NCBI GenBank assembly: GCA_007693955.1
Contig: RECR01000053.1
Coordinates: 7,580 to 39,579 of the forward strand
Origin: Gloeocapsa sp. DLM2.Bin57
GTDB taxonomy: Bacteria; Cyanobacteriota; Cyanobacteriia; Cyanobacteriales; Gloeocapsaceae
DNA: 32,000 bases
Direction: 5' to 3'
Shown: one piece after another, positions 26,478 through 32,000 of the stretch
Position numbering within the stretch: the stretch's first letter is position 1
How the letters are laid out: the number at the start of each line of letters is the position of its first letter
The notes under the pieces: model-generated
Seen by the model: the letters and a program-made list of their open reading frames with translations, nothing else
Databases searched by the model: none
Told to the model about the DNA's origin: nothing
Translations under genes and position numbers: made by a program

Positions 26478-26765
26478 TTATTCTGCAGGTTCGATACTAC
26501 TAGTCAAACCATGATTAATTAAAGTTTCTGAGTAAAACTCAGCGTGTTCTAGTTCACAGGTGATTACTAATGCAGTACCGTTGGTGTGAGCTTCCATCAT
26601 GATATTGACAGCTTGAGGTTGAGTCATACCTGCGACAGTCTGCATCAGAGTTTGCACAACGTACTCCATACTGTTAAAGTCGTCGTTGTGGAGTAAAACG
26701 CGATAACGGGGAGCGTGTTTTTTGATGGTTGAGGTTGAACGCTTCTCAATAGTATCTAATGACAT
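26478..26765 (-). CDS. clpS: ATP-dependent Clp protease adaptor ClpS
   Basis: PRYRVLLHNDDFNSMEYVVQTLMQTV...AVNIMMEAHTNGTALV is the ClpS core. I place the start at ATG 26765 (MSLDTIEK...) because it is preceded by AAGGAGG. The track's longer start at 26819 lacks such support. Confidence 0.9.
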   Translation of the reverse strand: MSLDTIEKRSTSTIKKHAPRYRVLLHNDDFNSMEYVVQTLMQTVAGMTQPQAVNIMMEAHTNGTALVITCELEHAEFYSETLINHGLTSSIEPAE

Positions 26766-26884
26766 AATTAGCCTCCTTCTGTTTATCTTGATTTTATAGT
26801 TTGATACTGTTTTGAGCAAGAACCCTTTTTTAGGTAAATATTGTAAACTTATATTAAGGATATAATAGTTTACTTAACAAATCT

Positions 26885-27769
26885 ATGCAAACTGCTGTTT
26901 TAAATCAGTCGGGTAATTATTGGCAATGGCTTGGACACTCTATCTATTATGTGCAAGCAGGTGAACATAAAGACGGAAAACCTCCTCTGTTACTGGTTCA
27001 TGGTTTTGGAGCTTCTACAGACCATTGGCGTCATAATATAGAAGAGTTACAAAAAGATTTTCAAGTTTGGGCAATTGATTTGTTGGGTTTTGGGAGATCG
27101 GCTAAACCGGCGATCGCCTATAGTGCTAATTTATGGCGAGATCAACTCTATAACTTTATCAGCGAAGTAATTAAACAACCCGTAGTTTTAGCTGGTAATT
27201 CCCTAGGAGGTTATACCTCTCTCTGTGTCGCCGCGCAGCATCATGACGCAGTCAAAGGTTTAATCTTGATTAATACCGCCGGACCATTTAGCGAAACTCA
27301 AGCAGTAAGTAAGTCTAGCCCTATTAAAGCATGGTTTGGTCAACTAACTCGGTCTATTTTGTTACAACCTTGGGGAAGTTATTTACTCTTTCAATACCTC
27401 AGACAACCTAATATGATTCGTAAGACTCTGAAAAAGGTTTATTGGAATCAAGAAGCGGTTACCGAAGAATTGGTACAAGCTATTTATCGTCCTTCTTGCG
27501 ATCGCGGTGCAGCTGAGGTATTCGCTGCTGTGTTCAAAAATCCTCAAGGAGAAAAAAACGACGTACTTTTACAACAAATGAACAGCCCCCTGTTAATGTT
27601 ATGGGGAGAAAAAGACCCTTGGATGGACTCTCGCAGTCGTGGTGCGAAATTCCGCCAATATTACCCTGATTTAACGGAATATTACCTAGAAGCTGGTCAT
27701 TGTCCCCACGATGAAATACATCAAGAGATTAACCAAATTATGCGTTCTTGGGTCATTTCCCTAGGCTAA
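26885..27769 (+). CDS. alpha/beta-fold hydrolase
   Basis: 294 aa. It has an HG oxyanion motif (LLVHGFGAS), a nucleophile elbow (GNSLGG) and a C-terminal GHCPHDE. The specific substrate cannot be called from sequence. Confidence 0.85.
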   Translation: MQTAVLNQSGNYWQWLGHSIYYVQAGEHKDGKPPLLLVHGFGASTDHWRHNIEELQKDFQVWAIDLLGFGRSAKPAIAYSANLWRDQLYNFISEVIKQPVVLAGNSLGGYTSLCVAAQHHDAVKGLILINTAGPFSETQAVSKSSPIKAWFGQLTRSILLQPWGSYLLFQYLRQPNMIRKTLKKVYWNQEAVTEELVQAIYRPSCDRGAAEVFAAVFKNPQGEKNDVLLQQMNSPLLMLWGEKDPWMDSRSRGAKFRQYYPDLTEYYLEAGHCPHDEIHQEINQIMRSWVISLG

Positions 27770-27812
27770 TTTGTTAATATTTTGTTACAAAGAAAAAAAC
27801 GTTGCTCAATCG

Positions 27813-28613
27813 ATGTATATAAATATGTTTGGTGGCATTGGTTCTAATCATCAAAAAGGTGCAGATTGGGGAGAAAACCTCCTCAATACGGTTGCTACAA
27901 ATACCATTCGCCACCTGTTTACTCGAAGTGAAGCAGTAAATGTTCAGGTGTGCTGTCAACCCTCTAGCAAATTACTACAGGGAAGTATTGACAGCTTTAA
28001 AATGAGTGGTAGCGGTTTAGTCATTAGACGGGATTTTCGTACCGAAGAAATGTCTTTTGAGACTGACGCGGTATCTCTTGACTTTAGTTCGGTACTCCAG
28101 GGTAAAATTGCTCTGAAACAACCTACTCAAGCGATCGCCTTGGTGAAGTTGTCCGAAACAGATATTAATAAAGCTTTCGAAGCGCAATTAGTCAGAAAAA
28201 GACTAGAAAATCTGTCTATACCCGCTTTAGATAATCTCTCAGAGGGTAAACCCATTTCTTTTACGGATGTTCAATTAGAGTTATTACCCGAAAATCAACT
28301 CAAAGTTTTTGCTAAAGCTAATTTACCCCAAGGATTAATTCCTCTTAGTTTCAGTTGTACTCTAGCTATCCTGAAACGACGACGTCTCCAGTTTAATAAT
28401 GTTCGCTTTGAACCCGTTGGGATTGAACCTGAGTTACAATCAATCTCAGAAACTCTTACCTATAGTCTTGGTGAAGTTTTAAACGAAATGGTAGATTTAG
28501 ACCGTTTTGACCTAGACGGTGTCAAAATGCGTCTTAATCGTCTGGAAACCGAAGGAAAATATCTGTTATTTAGTGGTTACGCTGAAATAGAATATTTCCC
28601 CCGTATTGGCTAA
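27813..28613 (+). CDS. DUF2993 (LmeA-like) domain protein
   Basis: VNVQVCCQPSSKLLQGSIDSFKMSGSGLVIRRDF... followed by a second similar half is the DUF2993 pattern. The track start at 27771 is a TTG, and I prefer ATG 27813. Confidence 0.6.
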   Translation: MYINMFGGIGSNHQKGADWGENLLNTVATNTIRHLFTRSEAVNVQVCCQPSSKLLQGSIDSFKMSGSGLVIRRDFRTEEMSFETDAVSLDFSSVLQGKIALKQPTQAIALVKLSETDINKAFEAQLVRKRLENLSIPALDNLSEGKPISFTDVQLELLPENQLKVFAKANLPQGLIPLSFSCTLAILKRRRLQFNNVRFEPVGIEPELQSISETLTYSLGEVLNEMVDLDRFDLDGVKMRLNRLETEGKYLLFSGYAEIEYFPRIG

Positions 28614-28619
28614 CAAGTA

Positions 28620-28640
28620 GGGCGCTTTACTCAAGCGTCC
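28620..28640. terminator. stem-loop between convergent genes (terminator candidate)
   Basis: GGGCGCTT-tactc-AAGCGTCC forms 8 bp including one G-U pair. It lies between the DUF2993 stop (28613) and the transketolase-like stop (28649). There is no clear U-tract on either strand. Confidence 0.35.
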
Positions 28641-28648
28641 CCACTCTC

Positions 28649-30844
28649 TTAAAGCAATTCTAAAGCTCGTTTAGCTAAATTTTCTGCGGTTAAACCATTA
28701 TAAGCCATCAATTGACCAGCGCTAGCGGTTGTCTCACCACGTTTCCAGGCGAAAACATCACGAGGTGCTTGACTACGCAGCATAATTGGTTCTAGCATCG
28801 CGCTACTACCACCTGTAACCCCAATCAGAGCGTCTCCACCGCATAAGTTAGTAAAGGCTGCATCGTCTAAAAACTGACCATCACCTTGAGTACTATGTTC
28901 CCAATCTACATCACTAGGACGATAAAAACGACGAGGACTAATCACCGAGAGGATACGTACACCAATACCCTGATTTTGCAGAAGCTCTGCTGCTGCTAAT
29001 ACAGGAGTCAAAGTCATATCCCCGATGACCGCAAATACAACTTTTTGTTTACCTTCGGTTTCTTGCAGAATAAAACCACCTTCTTCTAAAGCTTGTTCGG
29101 TTTGAGCAAAAGTAGATAATATGGGTAGAGGAGATTTACTAGCGGTGATGGTAATACCTTTATTTTTCTGAGTTAAAGCCCATTGATAGCAAACTTGAAT
29201 ACTATTAGCATCACAAGGAAATAAGGGGAAGACATTGCCATTGCGCATCATCGCTGCAAAATAGTTCTCAATCTCAGGACGTTGATGAGTCCAACCGTTG
29301 CGACCTTGTTCTAAAGCTCCTGCTGTAAACAGAGTAACCGTGGCTGGCGTAGTTCTTCTTAATTCAGTCATAGCTTGAGTGACGGTTTGCCAAATAGGTA
29401 GCCCATTAATGGCAAAAGATTCATAGGAACACCATAAGCTACGAGAGCCAAATAAAGCTAAAGCTGCTGCTAATCCTGCACAAGCATCCTCGCTGAGAGG
29501 CTCATACACTTGACCTTGAGGACCTTGAAAATAATCTTCATCTACCGTGGGATGGACGATTTTAAGGGCGACATTGATATTGTTAATCCCTGAAGCTGCG
29601 TTACCATCTGCGTTAGTGACAACAAAGTTGGGGTCTTGTTTACCAACGTGAGCCACTAATTCTCCCATAGCGGTGGTAGCTACTTTCTTTTCTGCTGCGA
29701 TGGGGAATTCTACTAAGGGTAGTTCTCCTAATTCTGGTAAGGGTAATTCTGCTTCAGTAACTACATGACTCGCTGCAGGTCCTCCCCCTGAACGTTCAAA
29801 GTTAGTTCTCACTAATTGCCAAGCTTCTACGGGTAAAGCTCGCTCTTTTAAGGCTGCCACAATCTCAGCGTTGTCTAGGGTATGATGAGGGTAGAGATTA
29901 TGGGATTTAGCGCCACGAGCGTGGACTCCTGCGCCTTTGAGTTGTTTGACAATGAGTACTGTTAGTTTTCCACTTAAAGCTGATTCTGCTGCTTTAGCAG
30001 TGGCTTCTAAGACTGCTTGGGTAAATTGTAAACGAGCTGAGAAAGAAAATTCTGTACTATCTACATACTCTCCTGGTTGTTGAGTATCGTCATAGTCTTT
30101 AGCGTTAACTAAGATAATCTCTTCAAAACCATTACCACGCCAATACTCGATCATTTCGGCGTTGGTTTTAGTGGAAACCATGCTATGATGTTCTTGACTA
30201 TAACCATTCCAGACTAAAATCGGTAAGAAATTAGTTACTTGGGGATAGGCGGTATGAAAGTGACCAAAACTACTCATAATGTATGGTTCTCCTAGTCCTC
30301 CATCCCCAATGGTTACAGGGAATAGTATTTCAGGATGTAGTTTAGCTCCTGCCATAGCGAAATGTTGCCCTTGTCCTAATGGTCCTGCTGGGTTGAGTAA
30401 ACCAGGAATCTGTCCGGAAAGATGTCCTAGTAAACCGTGCATTTCCCGAAAACGTTCTCTGAGTTGGCTAACGGTTGTAATACCCATTTTCTCCAAAGAA
30501 CGATCTAAAAACATTGTACTATAAAAACCAGGGGCGTGATGTCCTACTTCTGTAAGGATATTTTTATGCCCTAACATAATTAAAGAGGCGATCGCCTCTG
30601 TGATGCTAGCAAATCCCCCAGGGTGTCCTGATGCTTTACTCGCGGTTATTTGCAGTGTTAAATAGCGTAGTGCATCGGCAGCTAGTAAAGTTTGAAAGAC
30701 AGCTTGTTGCTCCTGTGGCGAGGCAATTTTCACCTCTGTTAATTTGATCGCCGCTTCTTTGCCGTATTTCTGGTATTCTGCTCCTGCTTCACCGAAATAT
30801 TGTATTCCTTGACAAAAAGCGGGAATTGTGCTAGCTACAGTCAT
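28649..30844 (-). CDS. transketolase-like thiamine-diphosphate enzyme, non-canonical paralog (function not established)
   Basis: 731 aa. SKASGHPGGFAS (TK N-terminal His motif) and GDGGLGEP...VWNGYS (TPP-binding GDG...N motif) are present. The middle and C-terminal regions resemble TK Pyr and C domains. It is longer than, and divergent from, canonical TktA. Confidence 0.7.
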   Translation of the reverse strand: MTVASTIPAFCQGIQYFGEAGAEYQKYGKEAAIKLTEVKIASPQEQQAVFQTLLAADALRYLTLQITASKASGHPGGFASITEAIASLIMLGHKNILTEVGHHAPGFYSTMFLDRSLEKMGITTVSQLRERFREMHGLLGHLSGQIPGLLNPAGPLGQGQHFAMAGAKLHPEILFPVTIGDGGLGEPYIMSSFGHFHTAYPQVTNFLPILVWNGYSQEHHSMVSTKTNAEMIEYWRGNGFEEIILVNAKDYDDTQQPGEYVDSTEFSFSARLQFTQAVLEATAKAAESALSGKLTVLIVKQLKGAGVHARGAKSHNLYPHHTLDNAEIVAALKERALPVEAWQLVRTNFERSGGGPAASHVVTEAELPLPELGELPLVEFPIAAEKKVATTAMGELVAHVGKQDPNFVVTNADGNAASGINNINVALKIVHPTVDEDYFQGPQGQVYEPLSEDACAGLAAALALFGSRSLWCSYESFAINGLPIWQTVTQAMTELRRTTPATVTLFTAGALEQGRNGWTHQRPEIENYFAAMMRNGNVFPLFPCDANSIQVCYQWALTQKNKGITITASKSPLPILSTFAQTEQALEEGGFILQETEGKQKVVFAVIGDMTLTPVLAAAELLQNQGIGVRILSVISPRRFYRPSDVDWEHSTQGDGQFLDDAAFTNLCGGDALIGVTGGSSAMLEPIMLRSQAPRDVFAWKRGETTASAGQLMAYNGLTAENLAKRALELL

Positions 30845-30921
30845 ATGGCTTGATCCGTTATATGGTTAATTTTGAAGATAACCTTAATTTTAGCAAAAAG
30901 GATACACTTTACTCTTTATTT

Positions 30922-31494
30922 ATGGATATAAGTACTATTATTCAAAATTATAGTTGCGGTTATTTTTTAATGGCTGATGATGATGACAGATTAGGCTGGT
31001 ATTCTACTAATCGACGTACTGTAATGCCTCTTGATTCTCGGTTTACTTATCCTAAATCTCTACGTCGCGCTATCAATCAACAACGGTTTCAAGTCAGGAT
31101 TAATCAAGATTTTTTAGCTGTTTGTGAAGGTTGTGCTAATCGAGAAAGTACCTGGATTTCTCCAGAATTAATCAAGATTTATTACCAATTATATCAAGCA
31201 GGATGGGCTTATAGTTTTGAAACCTGGGAACAAGATCAATTAGCAGGTGGAGTTTTAGGTATTGCGATTCGGGGTGTTTTTATCGGTGAATCAATGTTTT
31301 ATCAAATACCAGAAGGATCTAAGGTAGCTTTAGTAAAATTGGTAGAATATTTGCGCCAACGCGGTTATCTTCTCTTTGATGTACAAATGCAAAACCCCCA
31401 TCTCGAAAGGTTTGGCAGTTATCTGATCGGCGATCGCCAATATCAGTCTTTACTACAACAAGCCCTAAAGATTAATTGTAATTTTGTTGACTAG
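30922..31494 (+). CDS. aat: leucyl/phenylalanyl-tRNA--protein transferase
   Basis: GYFLMADDDDRLGWYSTNRRTVMPLD...YPKSLRRAI...FQVRINQDF..VCEGCA...TWISPELIKIYYQLYQAGWAYSFETW..DQLAGGVLGIAIRGVFIGESMF matches the L/F-transferase family. The track start at 30850 is a TTG. I prefer ATG 30922, which sits about 12 aa before the GYF motif. Confidence 0.85.
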   Translation: MDISTIIQNYSCGYFLMADDDDRLGWYSTNRRTVMPLDSRFTYPKSLRRAINQQRFQVRINQDFLAVCEGCANRESTWISPELIKIYYQLYQAGWAYSFETWEQDQLAGGVLGIAIRGVFIGESMFYQIPEGSKVALVKLVEYLRQRGYLLFDVQMQNPHLERFGSYLIGDRQYQSLLQQALKINCNFVD

Positions 31495-31564
31495 TGTTAA
31501 AATCCTTATAAAAAATAATCCCACGGATTGATTGTCTAAATTAATACAAAAGTTGAGGTTTGCC

Positions 31565-32000
31565 ATGAGAGATAATCGTAGAATAGAGCCACAATCGCAG
31601 AAACAAGTATCAGAAAATCAAACTGGATCGCGTAATTCAAAGGCTATGGTTTGTTTAGCTCTTTCCATGGGAGCAACTACAGCGTTATTACCTGAGCAAG
31701 TAGTAGCCAACTCTTTAGCAAATCCAGTTCAAGCACAAGGATTTAATTTAGATAAACAGCTTAAATCTAGTCCCGTCAACCCCAGACATACTAGTAATCA
31801 AGCACTTAACCTCATCAAAAAAGATAAACAAACAACTACCTCTTTAACGACTGTTAAAGTCAATAAACCTCCTAAAACCATAGATTTAAATAGTAACTTA
31901 CCAGAAGAAACAGTACATATAGTTAAATTTGGAGATACAATCAATGAAATAGCCGCGAGTTATCGAGTCTCTCCCCAAGAATTAGCTAGTATTAATCAAA
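31565..32000 (+). CDS. secreted LysM-domain protein, 3'-truncated by the window edge (probable peptidoglycan hydrolase)
   Basis: The ATG is at 31565. A hydrophobic leader (MVCLALSMGATTALL) is followed by the start of a LysM motif (HIVKFGDTINEIAASYRVSPQELASINQ). The frame is open to the window end. Confidence 0.65.
   Translation, partial: MRDNRRIEPQSQKQVSENQTGSRNSKAMVCLALSMGATTALLPEQVVANSLANPVQAQGFNLDKQLKSSPVNPRHTSNQALNLIKKDKQTTTSLTTVKVNKPPKTIDLNSNLPEETVHIVKFGDTINEIAASYRVSPQELASINQ

Noticed and set aside
27774-27959. 61-aa minus-strand ORF at the DUF2993 gene 5' end
   Set aside because: It is antisense to a better-supported CDS, has no motifs, and sits in an AT-rich region prone to spurious ORFs.
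30279-30524. 81-aa plus-strand ORF inside the transketolase-like gene
   Set aside because: It is a shadow ORF. Its Pro/Ser/Cys-rich translation mirrors the Gly-rich motifs of the real gene.
1-32000. Search for tRNA, rRNA, CRISPR arrays, transposases, integrases and prophage or defence-island genes
   Set aside because: Every intergenic gap longer than 60 nt was read on both strands. I saw no cloverleaf-type T-arm (GTTCRANYC) context, no regularly spaced direct repeats of 25 nt or more, and no ORF with DDE, tyrosine recombinase or serine recombinase motifs. A formal scan (tRNAscan-SE, Infernal) would be needed for certainty.

Overview
This window looks like chromosomal core DNA of an AT-rich cyanobacterium. 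Three things support that. Photosystem II genes are present (psbU, psb30/ycf12, and a high-light-inducible hli gene). There is a naturally split dnaE C-terminal half carrying a C-intein. The HIP1 octamer GCGATCGC occurs about 30 times by hand count. I can support about 37 protein-coding genes, densely packed on both strands and almost all housekeeping: surE (partial), pheS, atx1, a ClC channel, a TAXI binding protein, dps, psbU, nadB, gdhA, dnaE-C, glmU, a glycerate kinase, rdgB, a C5 DNA methyltransferase, an alanine/glycine:cation symporter, recF, clpS, aat and others. Two real genes fall below the ORF-track size cutoff and were found by reading the sequence: hli at 7159-7302 (-) and psb30 at 16860-16991 (+). 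Several track ORFs start at TTG or GTG, or are over-extended, and I re-called their starts. I saw no rRNA, tRNA, CRISPR array, transposase, integrase, or recognisable multi-gene defence or mobile island. I do not see convincing evidence for a new multi-gene system here. The leads most worth a second look are:
- the split-intein dnaE-C and an MMADHC-like ORF coupled to it through a TAATG overlap;
- a lone, AT-rich C5 cytosine methyltransferase whose start codon lies 3 nt from the divergent rdgB start, in a HIP1-saturated genome;
- an hli operon with an HLR1-like direct repeat;
- a transketolase-like paralog of unestablished function;
- a family of degenerate heptamer-repeat modules at gene 3' ends, one copy of which sits inside a signal-peptide coding region.
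All functional calls rest on my recognition of motifs in the translated ORFs. No database search was run.
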